A stretch of 64,000 nt of DNA, from NCBI GenBank assembly GCA_964010765.1, contig CAXGMD010000003.1, forward strand, positions 4,212 through 68,211, written 5' to 3'. Of the stretch, positions 28,864 to 38,449 are shown one piece after another. The translations under genes were made by a program, and so were the position numbers. This DNA comes from an uncultured bacterium (GTDB taxonomy: Bacteria; SAR324; NAC60-12). The notes under the pieces were generated by a model. The model was not told where the DNA came from, did no database searches, and worked only from the letters and a program-made list of their open reading frames with translations. The first letter of the stretch is position 1. Each line of letters opens with the position of its first letter.

Positions 28864-30662
28864 GCAGCTGCCTGTAACCGCTGCGACCAGTTACAAGCTT
28901 GCTGGAGATACTCTTTCTCCCCGTCTTCATTGAGGAGTGGTGAAATCTCTTCCCAAACTCGCTTGTGATAGTGCTGCAACCAATTCCATTCGTCTTCTGT
29001 AAGCAGTTCTTCGCAGACTAGCTTACGCTCAAAGGGGATCAGGGTCAGTGTGTCAAAGCAAAGCCACTTTTTGCCATCTGGATGCCTAGGATGCTGGGTA
29101 GCTGACTGCACAACATAGAGATTTTCCAAGCGAACTCCTCCCCAACCCGTGCGATAGTACCCAGGCTCATTGGAAATGATCATTCCAGACCGAAAACCAA
29201 CATCTCCAGCAAAGGCCGATATGCGTTGTGGCCCTTCATGCACTCCAAGGAAGGCTCCTACGCCGTGACCCGTTCCATGTCCAAAATCAAGTCCTTCATT
29301 CCATAACAAAGATCGAGTCACACCATCCAGCACCGCACCATTCGTACCCTCAGGAAAAACCTGGCGAGCCAGTCGAATATGTGCTTGCAGCACCCTCGTA
29401 TAGCATCGTTGTTGCTCAGCATCAGGCTCTCCCCAGATCATCGTACGAGTCGCATCGGTTGTTCCTCCTCCACACTGAATTCCAGAGTCGACCAATAGGA
29501 ATTCGCCATCTGTCAGAATTTTCTCTGCACTCGGATTGCTGTAATGAACAATCGCTGCGTTAGCACCAGCTCCAGCAATTGTTTCAAAGCTCAAATCTGC
29601 AAAATCTGGTCGTTTCTCATAGTAGCTACGTAGCCATCCAGCATATTGTTGTTCACTTACCTTTTCACTATTCCGCTCAGCTTGCTTCAATCTAGCAAGA
29701 CTCTGAACTTTTCCAACTGCTGCCTGTCGGTGAGCGTAGCGAATACGCTGCAATTCGACTTCATTCTTCAGAGCACGTGGCATGATAACTGGACTTTCTG
29801 CTTCCAATACCTGGGCAGATTGATCTTGTAATAATAGCAAGGTGCCCATTGTAACCCCCTGTGGGTCCAACCAAACATACGCAGAATCATCCGCTGCTAA
29901 ATGCTTCAAGGTGGGAGCGTAGTCCTCATATGGATAGAACGTCCAATCCGTTAGTGATTTTAGTTCTGTGCTAGTAGGAAAATGACAAAAGCAGATTGCT
30001 TCTGTCTTGGAAATCAGCGCATAGGATTCGAAGACTGGATTACAAGGAACGTCCTTTCCCCGCAAATTAGTCAACCAGGCAATCTCATCTAGCTGGGTCA
30101 ACAATAAATGTGTAGCCTGATGTTTATCTAGTTGGTCACGCAATTCTGTCAATTTTTCTAAGGTGGAACGACCCGTCCAAGAAAGTGGCAACAAATTAGG
30201 TTCTACCCGTTCAGGCATCGCAATTGATCCGGTCTGATCAACTAAGTTACCAAGCACTGGTACCAACTCCGACTGGCAGTTCATCAACGCCTGCGACCAA
30301 CGTCGCCAACTCCGTGGGCTAACTGTAAACGGATCTACTCCGAAACGACATCCAATCGATTGCCCTGCGAGCCATTCCACGACGTCTGGAACTCCGGCGA
30401 GCCCTAGTTTTCGGATTTCAAAATGATCTCCGCTTTGCGCATCTGCTTGAATATAGTAGCGAGAGTCTACAAAAAGCTGCGATCGTCCTTCCCGCAGAAC
30501 AATCGCAATGCCAGCAGATCCATTGAATCCGCTCAATGCTTCCAAACGACGATGGTGCAGAGGCACATACTCGTTCAGGTGCTCATCTGTCGTTGGTACT
30601 AAATAGCCATCTAATTCAGATTCCTGAATCAACTTCTGTAGCTGAGACAGACGACTGGACAT
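28860..30662 (-). CDS. pepP: Xaa-Pro aminopeptidase (aminopeptidase P, M24B, creatinase N-domains)
   Basis: DEHLNEYV, FNGSAG, DSGIQCGGGTTDATRT, HGTGHGVG..LGVHEGP, SNEPGYY, GVRLENL. Confidence 0.92.
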   Translation of the reverse strand: MSSRLSQLQKLIQESELDGYLVPTTDEHLNEYVPLHHRRLEALSGFNGSAGIAIVLREGRSQLFVDSRYYIQADAQSGDHFEIRKLGLAGVPDVVEWLAGQSIGCRFGVDPFTVSPRSWRRWSQALMNCQSELVPVLGNLVDQTGSIAMPERVEPNLLPLSWTGRSTLEKLTELRDQLDKHQATHLLLTQLDEIAWLTNLRGKDVPCNPVFESYALISKTEAICFCHFPTSTELKSLTDWTFYPYEDYAPTLKHLAADDSAYVWLDPQGVTMGTLLLLQDQSAQVLEAESPVIMPRALKNEVELQRIRYAHRQAAVGKVQSLARLKQAERNSEKVSEQQYAGWLRSYYEKRPDFADLSFETIAGAGANAAIVHYSNPSAEKILTDGEFLLVDSGIQCGGGTTDATRTMIWGEPDAEQQRCYTRVLQAHIRLARQVFPEGTNGAVLDGVTRSLLWNEGLDFGHGTGHGVGAFLGVHEGPQRISAFAGDVGFRSGMIISNEPGYYRTGWGGVRLENLYVVQSATQHPRHPDGKKWLCFDTLTLIPFERKLVCEELLTEDEWNWLQHYHKRVWEEISPLLNEDGEKEYLQQACNWSQRLQAAA

Positions 30663-30693
30663 TTATAAATCTCTTTTGATTTGCGATTAGTTT

Positions 30694-30721
30694 GTGTTGG
30701 CCTTCAAGGCCAACACTTTTT
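30694..30721 (+). terminator. Terminator-like hairpin oriented opposite to both flanking genes
   Basis: GTGTTGGCCT-TCA-AGGCCAACAC perfect 10-bp stem followed by T5 on + strand only. Confidence 0.6.
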
Positions 30722-30739
30722 GGGGAATGTAGGGAACAA

Positions 30740-31168
30740 TCAGAATAGTTTGATCGGTGATTTAACACCTTCGGTAGGATAACGCGGGCGTGGGCGACTA
30801 GATGGACGTGTCCCGTATTCAGGCTTTACTCTGAATGGATTGAAGTTCCGGCGTTGCGTATCATCATCTTCCAACACAGATCGTCGGAGCGAACCGTAGT
30901 TCAGTGGATAAACCGGCGGACTTCCCGTATTGCTCTCCAACATGCTGTTCACTGAACGGCCCCTACGAACCTCAGCTTGGTATGCTTGATCATAGTAGCC
31001 ACTTTGATAACCAGCACGAGACTGTGTTCGATGCTGCTGAAGTTGCTCATAGTTAATGCCTGGGCTTCGCGGCGCCATTGGCTTTCCACCGGTGATTCTT
31101 CGAGCTTCAGCTTCCTGTACTCCAAGATAGAGCAACACAAAGCACATCCATACAATCCATGGTTTCAT
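30740..31168 (-). CDS. Hypothetical secreted low-complexity (R/Y/Q/S-rich) protein
   Basis: AGGA RBS before MKPWIVWMCFVLLYLGVQEAEA signal peptide. Confidence 0.65.
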   Translation of the reverse strand: MKPWIVWMCFVLLYLGVQEAEARRITGGKPMAPRSPGINYEQLQQHRTQSRAGYQSGYYDQAYQAEVRRGRSVNSMLESNTGSPPVYPLNYGSLRRSVLEDDDTQRRNFNPFRVKPEYGTRPSSRPRPRYPTEGVKSPIKLF

Positions 31169-31258
31169 AATCCTATCTCTCTTCTTGGATTTCGATTTAT
31201 GATAAAAGATGTGCAAATACCAAACAAATATTTTACCACCTTCTTCTATCGAAGATCT

Positions 31259-31855
31259 TTAGGTTAGACTACGAATCAAATCAATAGCCCATTCTTCTTC
31301 CTGATAAGCAGAAGAATCTGCAGCCACACCACCTTGTGAAATCAGAATTTCAGGGGCTTGGTCCAATGGCGGCTGTGTGGGCTTAGTACGCTTCGCGGCT
31401 GTACGAGGAACTATCATCCGGACTTCTTCTTCGCGCAGCGTCTGGATCATCTCACGCATCTTATAGCTGCGCATCAATTGACCCAGTATGCGTTTGGTGT
31501 AAAGATCCAGAAGATTAGGCCCCTCACGATGGAAAAGAGCAAACCATTGTAACGGTTCTTGTGTATGGATCATCGCTGTACCATTGAAAAGCGGAAGAAA
31601 GGTCGCTGGCACCTCATCATTCCAAGCAATCAATGTACAGTCGCCAAAAGCCTGTTCCGGCGTTGCATGGTCATCTAAAAGCGTTTGAAGCAACTGCGGC
31701 GCAATATTGGGATAGGGCGTCAACAGGTTTCGCAGATGATCTCGGCGATTTCCTTGTTGCCAGGCTTCTACGCAATGCGCCTCACACTCTCCCTCAACAT
31801 GGCAGATTGGACAAACGAGATCTATTCGACTGGTGATCTGACGTTGATTGATCAT
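31259..31855 (-). CDS. Hypothetical protein with N-terminal Cys/His cluster
   Basis: CPICHVEGECEAHC; start overlaps miaB stop. Confidence 0.65.
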   Translation of the reverse strand: MINQRQITSRIDLVCPICHVEGECEAHCVEAWQQGNRRDHLRNLLTPYPNIAPQLLQTLLDDHATPEQAFGDCTLIAWNDEVPATFLPLFNGTAMIHTQEPLQWFALFHREGPNLLDLYTKRILGQLMRSYKMREMIQTLREEEVRMIVPRTAAKRTKPTQPPLDQAPEILISQGGVAADSSAYQEEEWAIDLIRSLT

Positions 31856-33192
31856 TTTGACAGTGGTTCTGCTTCCAGCAGGTAGGTTTTGGCTCCAGTG
31901 ATCTGAACTGGCACTAATTCTCCTGGTTCAGCGGCACAGTTTGCAATCGCAACCGAATGGTAACCTCGACTCCTTCCGTTGAGTCGATTTGGGTCCTTCA
32001 AATAAGGGCCTTCGACCAAGACCTCCTGCGAACTACCGATCAAAGCCTTGTTTTTGGCTTTTACAATCGGTTCCTGTAATTCCAATAGCCGGCGCAATCT
32101 CTCGATCTTGACCTCTTCTGGCAACTGTCCCGAATATGCCGCCGCAGGTGTATCTGGCCGTGGGGAATACTTAAATGCGAAGATCTGGTCATAATGGACG
32201 GTTTGGATCGCTTGCAAAGTCTGTTCGAAATCCTCTTCTGTTTCACCAGGAAAGCCAACAATCATATCAGTTGATAACGTTCCCTGTGGTACGTAGCGGC
32301 GATACAAGGCTACTTTTTCCAGATATTTTTCCAAGGTATACCAGCGACGCATTCGACGCAGCACACGATCTGAACCCGACTGCAGAGGTAGATGGAGTTG
32401 TTCACATAAACTGGGCAACTCAGCAAATCCTTCCGCAAGTTCTTCTCGAAAATCTTTAGGATGTGGTGAAGTAAATCTTATGCGTTGCAATCCTTCAATC
32501 TTATCCATTCGCCTTAGCAATTCGACAAAATCGACACCATCTGCCTTGTACGAATTGACGTTCTGCCCAAGTAAACAAATTTCACGAACTCCCTGAGCAA
32601 CCAGATTTCTAGCTTCCTGCAAAATATTTTTTGGTTCCCGACTCACTTCCAAACCCCGTGTCACTGGGACAATACAAAAAGAGCAAAAATTATTACACCC
32701 TTTGGTAATCGCAAGATGAGCTTTCAGGCTAGCTCCTTTTGATAAAGAAACTTCCTCTGGGATAAAATTTCTGACTTTTTGACGAGGAGCTACACGATTC
32801 GTCCTTGCGATACGCTCTCCCTGAGCAACTTCTGCTAAAAGTTCAGGGAGTTCGAATAAATTATCTGTACCAAAGACCAAATCGACACTGCGTTCTCTTA
32901 CAAGAATTTGCTGACCTTCCTGTTGTGCAACACACCCACCAACTCCAATTTTCAGCTTAGGATTAGCTTGTTTCAGTTTCCGCAGCCTGCCTAGCAAGCT
33001 ATAAACTTTTTGTTCTGCCTTATCTCGAACAGAACAGGTATTCAGCAGAATCAAGTCAGCTTCTCCAGCCTCATCTGTGTACTGATAATTTTCCTGATTC
33101 AAGATTTCGAGCATCTTATCGCTATCGTACTCGTTCATCTGACAACCAAAGGTTGCTATGTGCACCTTACGTTGAGGCAAAGTCGATTTCAT
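31852..33192 (-). CDS. miaB: tRNA-2-methylthio-N6-dimethylallyladenosine synthase MiaB
   Basis: TFGCQMNEYDS, LLNTCSVRDKAEQK, GCNNFCSFCIVP radical-SAM motif, LGQNVNSY, TRAM domain. Confidence 0.96.
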   Translation of the reverse strand: MKSTLPQRKVHIATFGCQMNEYDSDKMLEILNQENYQYTDEAGEADLILLNTCSVRDKAEQKVYSLLGRLRKLKQANPKLKIGVGGCVAQQEGQQILVRERSVDLVFGTDNLFELPELLAEVAQGERIARTNRVAPRQKVRNFIPEEVSLSKGASLKAHLAITKGCNNFCSFCIVPVTRGLEVSREPKNILQEARNLVAQGVREICLLGQNVNSYKADGVDFVELLRRMDKIEGLQRIRFTSPHPKDFREELAEGFAELPSLCEQLHLPLQSGSDRVLRRMRRWYTLEKYLEKVALYRRYVPQGTLSTDMIVGFPGETEEDFEQTLQAIQTVHYDQIFAFKYSPRPDTPAAAYSGQLPEEVKIERLRRLLELQEPIVKAKNKALIGSSQEVLVEGPYLKDPNRLNGRSRGYHSVAIANCAAEPGELVPVQITGAKTYLLEAEPLSK

Positions 33193-33215
33193 GAAATGGT
33201 CAAATTGGTTAAGTA

Positions 33216-33611
33216 TTAGGCTAATTCAACAGACTGCAACGGACTTAGACCCATTTCTGCGGCACAGATAGAGCATGCGACATCCTGTAGATCCTGAGGA
33301 TATTCCACATAGTGAGACTTACCATTATTTTGCCAGAGTGTCTCCTCGAGTTGTAAGCCGTGGGCTGTTGGACGAACAAACTCGTACCATTCTGTGCGAT
33401 ACAAGTTCTGCAAGCTTTTCAGCACAAAGTATTGGCCACTCTCATCCCTGAATCCACGATCAGGCTGAGCCATTGCTTTCGACTCCTCAGTACGTTCTAA
33501 GATCGCTCTAAAGTCAAATTTACCCCATAAGAAATGAACCGAAGGCGTAACAGGATCGCGATCAACTTGAAAAACAAAATAGTTTTGACGTCGGAATGTA
33601 TAAGAATTCAA
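33216..33611 (-). CDS. Hypothetical protein
   Basis: 131-aa ORF heading the miaB string; no recognised motif. Confidence 0.6.
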   Translation of the reverse strand: MNSYTFRRQNYFVFQVDRDPVTPSVHFLWGKFDFRAILERTEESKAMAQPDRGFRDESGQYFVLKSLQNLYRTEWYEFVRPTAHGLQLEETLWQNNGKSHYVEYPQDLQDVACSICAAEMGLSPLQSVELA

Positions 33612-33820
33612 TGTAGCCTCTTTTACTCAGTACCAGTGGACTCAAATTTGATTAAATTGACCTAATGGATCTCTTTTTTGCAAGAAAAACTTTAGTCTAC
33701 AAGCTGAATTAAAGCGAAAAACTCTTTTCTCTTTTGTGTCATTTATCTTGCAAGAAATCAGGTATATAGGAATGATTTTTTGATTAATCCATTCACAAAA
33801 ATGCTCTCTTCAAAGAGACA

Positions 33821-35698
33821 ATGACGCTTCGCTCACTGCAATTCCTCATTCTGCTAGTAATCTTTTGCTGGGGTTCTCCACTAACCGGTTTCGGAGAATC
33901 CTCGAACCAGATCAGCACAGGCAAAGGGAAACCTTCGCTCCAGGCCATTGCAGATCAAAGATACTACGACATTCCCATCAAGCTCAATGAGCGAGTGCAA
34001 CAGATGCTACGCTACTACACCGAGCGTAAGCATTCCATTCTTAACCGTGGACTTGCTCGTTCTGGGCGATACATGGATATGTTCCGCAGAGAACTACGAG
34101 CTTGGGGCCTTCCACAGGACTTAGTCTTCGTTGTTGCGGTGGAAAGTAACTTCAATGAACGCTCTGTCTCCGTCAAGCAGGCCGTCGGGCTCTGGCAGTT
34201 CATGTCAACCACAGCACAGCAATATCAGCTTAGGGTAGATCCTTGGATTGATCAACGCAGAGATCCTCTCAAAGCTACACGCGCTGCCGCACAGCACTTC
34301 AAATACCTTTACGAAATTTTTGGTGATTGGGAACTTGTGCTGGCAGCCTATAATGCTGGTGAAGGAAGAGTTCAGCGTGCGATGGAACGAGCCAAGCAGC
34401 GAAAAAAACCAACTGACTTCTGGTCGCTATCTTTACCTCGGGAAACGCGGAGCTACGTTCCAGCAATCATGGCTACCGCAATCATCTACAAGAACTTAGA
34501 TTATTTCGGAATCACTGGTGTTGCACTAGAACCTCCAATGGAACAGTCACAGTTCCAAGTACCTGTCGACTTTTCCTTCCAAGAAGTCGCTCAGCGTGCG
34601 GGAATGCCACTAGACGAATTGCTCACCTACAATATGGCATATCTCCGAGAGATGCCGCCCATTGATCAGAAACATTACACTATCTACCTTCCACAGAAAT
34701 ATCAGCCTGCACTGTGGCAATCTCTTCGCCAGTATGGTGAGCCTTCTTCCCACTGGCTCCAGCACTACAATAGCATGTTGCAAGACACTCCAGAAAATCT
34801 ACAAACTCTTGAGCGCCATGGTGACTTGAAATATGTGCGTGTGCAACGAGGAGAGAATCTATCGACAATTTCGCGCAAGTACAACACAACCATCACAAGA
34901 CTATTGCGCTGGAACCGAATCCCTAAAAATCAGCTTCTGCAAGTTGGACAACGCCTCAAGATGTATGTTGTCAATCGCAAGGTCTTGGAAGACGTTCGAG
35001 AAAAAAATCAAAACCTGGAAGAGCGTATCCGTGGGACACAGTTTGTCATCCGGGTTCCCAAAGGAGCAACCCTCTCTGAACTGGCAGAGCGATACCACAC
35101 AAACATCAAAGAGCTAATGACGATCAATCGCTTACGCTCACCAATGGATCTGCAAGCTGGCCAATCTCTAAAGATTTATGCTCGCCCCAAAACGATTCAA
35201 GTTCCCCAAGGAGCAACGCTATCCAACTTAGCACAACGCTATGATGTTTCTGTAAAGGAGTTGATGGCTTGGAATAATCTTGCTGCTCCTAATGCTTTGC
35301 AGGCGAACCAGACACTAATCATTGCTCCACCACCCGAACCAACCTCTCAACAACTGGTTCAGGAAAAACAGGTCAGAATAAGGGTTCCCCAAGGAGCAAC
35401 CCTCTCTGAACTGGCAGAGCGCTATAATGTGACTGTCAGTAAATTGATGGAATGGAACAATCTGAAAAGTTCTGATTCACTACTTGCGGGACAACAACTC
35501 ACCGTATTTAGAGAGATCACACAAAACAACAAAGCAACCCACAGAATTATCCAGGTGCGTATGGGTGATACTCTCTGGGATATTGCTAGAGAACACAGGA
35601 CTTCTGTTGAGCAACTCTTGGTTCTTAATGATCTTGAAGGAAACGAACCATTACGACTTAACCAAAAGTTAAAGGTACCCGTCCGACCAGATATTTGA
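33821..35698 (+). CDS. mltD: MltD-like lytic transglycosylase with five LysM domains
   Basis: AVESNFN catalytic Glu, AVGLWQFM, LAAYNAGEGRV, ETRSYVP; five G(E/A/D)xLxxxAxxY-type LysM units. Confidence 0.9.
   Translation: MTLRSLQFLILLVIFCWGSPLTGFGESSNQISTGKGKPSLQAIADQRYYDIPIKLNERVQQMLRYYTERKHSILNRGLARSGRYMDMFRRELRAWGLPQDLVFVVAVESNFNERSVSVKQAVGLWQFMSTTAQQYQLRVDPWIDQRRDPLKATRAAAQHFKYLYEIFGDWELVLAAYNAGEGRVQRAMERAKQRKKPTDFWSLSLPRETRSYVPAIMATAIIYKNLDYFGITGVALEPPMEQSQFQVPVDFSFQEVAQRAGMPLDELLTYNMAYLREMPPIDQKHYTIYLPQKYQPALWQSLRQYGEPSSHWLQHYNSMLQDTPENLQTLERHGDLKYVRVQRGENLSTISRKYNTTITRLLRWNRIPKNQLLQVGQRLKMYVVNRKVLEDVREKNQNLEERIRGTQFVIRVPKGATLSELAERYHTNIKELMTINRLRSPMDLQAGQSLKIYARPKTIQVPQGATLSNLAQRYDVSVKELMAWNNLAAPNALQANQTLIIAPPPEPTSQQLVQEKQVRIRVPQGATLSELAERYNVTVSKLMEWNNLKSSDSLLAGQQLTVFREITQNNKATHRIIQVRMGDTLWDIAREHRTSVEQLLVLNDLEGNEPLRLNQKLKVPVRPDI
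35052..35421 (+). repeat. Near-identical 40-bp direct repeat inside LysM-coding region
   Basis: 35052-35091 vs 35382-35421: 39 of 40 identical, 330 bp apart; diverged third copy near 35200. Confidence 0.9.
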
Positions 35699-35746
35699 GC
35701 AACATACCCATCAGCCTTCCTTTTCTCGTCTCATTCGAAATCCCCA

Positions 35747-36610
35747 ATGAAAATCAGCCCTCAGGACAAGAAAGATCTACTGATCGAGGCTCTATCTTAC
35801 ATTCAGCGCTTCCGTAACCAGATCATCGTTATCAAGTACGGAGGAGCCGCAATGATCGAGGAAGCCCTGAAAACCAGCTTTGCCCAAGACATTGTGCTGC
35901 TGCAATCCTTAGGAATGCGACCAGTCGTTGTCCATGGTGGTGGTCCAGAAGTATCGAAGGTGATCCAGAGCCTAGGCCAGGAAGTGACCTTCGTTGATGG
36001 ACTAAGGGTAACGACTGCAGAGAATCTGAAGGTCGCTGAGATGGTACTCTCAGGAAACCTCAATAAAGAGATTATCGCTCATTTACAGACTTTCGGGGGG
36101 AAAGCAGTCGGACTTAGCGGGAAGGATGGAAATCTGATTCAAGCTGACAAGAAAAAGCACGCCAGTGGCATCGACCTCGGCTATGTAGGCACTATCAGAC
36201 AGATCAATCCCGAACTGTTGCACCTACTAATTCGAGAGCAGTTCATTCCAGTTGTCTCGCCAATAGGGATGGGGAGTAGTGGTGGGACCTACAACATCAA
36301 TGCCGACACTGTCGCGGCTGCAATTGCAGTTGCTTTAGAAGCACGCAAGGTGATTTTCATGACTGATGTTGATGGGGTACTATCAGATGGGAAAGAGTTG
36401 ATTTCTTATCTGGACACGGCTACTGCAGAAAACTTGATCGCCAACAAGGTGATTTCAGGTGGGATGGTCCCTAAAATTCAGGCTGCGTTGGATTGCGTTA
36501 AAACCAACGTTCGTTCGGCTCACATCATTAACGGAACCGATCCGCACTCTGTGATTGCTGAACTATTTACGGATCAAGGGATTGGAACACAGATAGTGAG
36601 GGCTGAATGA
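35747..36610 (+). CDS. argB: Acetylglutamate kinase
   Basis: VIKYGGAAM, VHGGGPEV, GLRVT, YNINADTVA, GGMVPKI. Confidence 0.96.
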   Translation: MKISPQDKKDLLIEALSYIQRFRNQIIVIKYGGAAMIEEALKTSFAQDIVLLQSLGMRPVVVHGGGPEVSKVIQSLGQEVTFVDGLRVTTAENLKVAEMVLSGNLNKEIIAHLQTFGGKAVGLSGKDGNLIQADKKKHASGIDLGYVGTIRQINPELLHLLIREQFIPVVSPIGMGSSGGTYNINADTVAAAIAVALEARKVIFMTDVDGVLSDGKELISYLDTATAENLIANKVISGGMVPKIQAALDCVKTNVRSAHIINGTDPHSVIAELFTDQGIGTQIVRAE

Positions 36611-36617
36611 AGGGGGC

Positions 36618-37595
36618 TTAGATTTCATCAGTTTCAGATTTGGAGGTATCAGCTGTTTTTGGAATAGTAGCTAGATTTTCATATGGTTCCCAATTTTCGC
36701 TGATAATTCGAAAATCCTGTACGTCTTCCTGAAACTCCAAGTACAAGGTCTTCCAACCTAAATCACTAAAATCTGAAGAACGGTATTTTTGGAGAAAATG
36801 GACGAAGTAAGTATCTTTGCTATATAGAAAGGTTAGATTCGAAGCTTGTATTTCCCGACTTTTATTCCGCAGATTAATTCGCTTCTTGTAGTGTAGCCAT
36901 CTCTTCTTATCGAAATTTTCGTTTGTAAACTTACTTGAATAGTAATTTATATAGTCTTCCACATTTGGATTTTCCCAAGCATCTATCCAGGTGACAACAA
37001 AATTTCTCAGCCTCTCTATTTCAGCTAGATGCTGATGTTCCTCCAATTTTTCTACTGATTCATCAATCAGGATCATAGTGTTTGGCAGTTGTATATACTG
37101 CGCAATCTCTAGAAAATTTTCATTGCTGACTGAAACACATCCCTCTGTTGGAATGGGCTGATCGCCCTCTGTTCCGTGCAACCAAATTCCATAACCAGTC
37201 TTATTGTGGAAGAGACGATCCATCAAGTTTGGATAGTTTAGAGGAAATGCCCCTGCACCATAGGGTTTTGCTTCCTTAGGGCCATACATTCCTATCAAAT
37301 CTTTCTCTGACCAAACATCCGTAAACCAGTAAATCCCCGTTGGTGTCTTCAGATCTCCTTCTTTGAACTTGTCACCTGGCACTTTTCCGGTCGTACACGG
37401 GTAGGTAGCGATCATCTCCCACTTCGGATAGCCTCGATAGACTGCGATTTGGCAGTCTTTTTTATCAACAAGTAAAAATGTAAGGTCTGGATTTTCGGAA
37501 AGGAGAAGGTTGCGGGGTAGAGCGAGTGCTAAGCTTGTTATTGAAACAAAGAACAAAAGCGCAGGGATTGCCAAAAGATGGCGAGGAGGCAACAT
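36618..37595 (-). CDS. YkuD-family L,D-transpeptidase/carboxypeptidase with C-terminal NTF2-like domain (Csd6/Pgp2/Bd1075 architecture)
   Basis: GDLKTPTGIY, LNYPN, IWLHG...TEGCV catalytic His/Cys; C-terminal WIDAWE...YINYYS...FLQKYRS...KTLY. Confidence 0.85.
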   Translation of the reverse strand: MLPPRHLLAIPALLFFVSITSLALALPRNLLLSENPDLTFLLVDKKDCQIAVYRGYPKWEMIATYPCTTGKVPGDKFKEGDLKTPTGIYWFTDVWSEKDLIGMYGPKEAKPYGAGAFPLNYPNLMDRLFHNKTGYGIWLHGTEGDQPIPTEGCVSVSNENFLEIAQYIQLPNTMILIDESVEKLEEHQHLAEIERLRNFVVTWIDAWENPNVEDYINYYSSKFTNENFDKKRWLHYKKRINLRNKSREIQASNLTFLYSKDTYFVHFLQKYRSSDFSDLGWKTLYLEFQEDVQDFRIISENWEPYENLATIPKTADTSKSETDEI

Positions 37596-37619
37596 GTACT
37601 CGTCCTGACGGAATGAAGC

Positions 37620-37841
37620 TTAACTTTGATCAACCGCATCATGCTTCTGCTGCAGCTTCCGTACCCAGTAGAATCCACCAATCAGCATTACTACTGGCAG
37701 TACCGTCAAGAAAGCTGTCGTCAGGTAAAATGCGGCTCTTGTATTCTCTGAGGAAGAGAAGCAAACCGCACAGGCGTGTACATCGAAATGCAGGAATAAA
37801 CTAGCTAAGCCAGTAATCGCAATAGCAGGAACAGCTTTCAC
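37620..37841 (-). CDS. Small cox-operon membrane protein with CxxC (CAVCF)
   Basis: Signal/TM, HACAVCF, second TM; GTG 37841 or TTG 37850 directly after coxC stop. Confidence 0.7.
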   Translation of the reverse strand: MKAVPAIAITGLASLFLHFDVHACAVCFSSSENTRAAFYLTTAFLTVLPVVMLIGGFYWVRKLQQKHDAVDQS

Positions 37842-37846
37842 AATCC

Positions 37847-38446
37847 TCAAAGCAAGTAGACAAGTGTATATAAAACTGGCCAAACTCCAACCACAAAATA
37901 CCAGAAGATTTGGGCTGCACGGAGGTTGTCAATTGTCAGTTGCTGGGAAGTGGAGTTGAGCCTCCTCAAACAAGCAAGCAAAGCGAGTAGTCCCCCAATC
38001 ACATGAAGCCCGTGAGCTCCGATGATCAGATAGAAGACACCTCCATAGGTACTGGAAGTGATGGTCAACCCAAAACTGATCAACTGGACCCACTCGTATC
38101 CCTGCACACTGACAAAGACCGTCCCCAGAGCAATCGTAAGAGCAAGCAACTGCTTGGACTGTGAGGCCTGAGAAGAGAACACCTTTACAGACCGATGCAG
38201 ACAGAAGGCACTCGCCAAGAGAGTCAAGGAATTTAGTGCTGTTGCAAACACAGGAAGCCGAGGCTGCCCCCATGGAGGCCACTCTTCCGCACCAGAGCGG
38301 ATGATCATGTAGGCACTGATTAATGCTGCAAAGAACATCACCTCTGTCATGATCAGAATGACAGTCGCAAAAATGCTGCTTGAAACTAGTTGTCTACGTT
38401 CAGCATTCGAATTTGCTGGAATCTCAGGAGCTACGAGTAAAATCAC
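37847..38446 (-). CDS. Cytochrome c oxidase subunit III family protein (second copy)
   Basis: EVMFFAALISAY, NSLTLLAS, FYLIIGAHGLHV, FWYFVVGVW. Confidence 0.88.
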   Translation of the reverse strand: MILLVAPEIPANSNAERRQLVSSSIFATVILIMTEVMFFAALISAYMIIRSGAEEWPPWGQPRLPVFATALNSLTLLASAFCLHRSVKVFSSQASQSKQLLALTIALGTVFVSVQGYEWVQLISFGLTITSSTYGGVFYLIIGAHGLHVIGGLLALLACLRRLNSTSQQLTIDNLRAAQIFWYFVVGVWPVLYTLVYLL

Positions 38447-38449
38447 GAA

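Noticed and set aside
31799-31813. CPICH as a c-type heme motif
   Set aside because: No signal peptide or TM; extra Cys/His suggest a cytoplasmic metal site.
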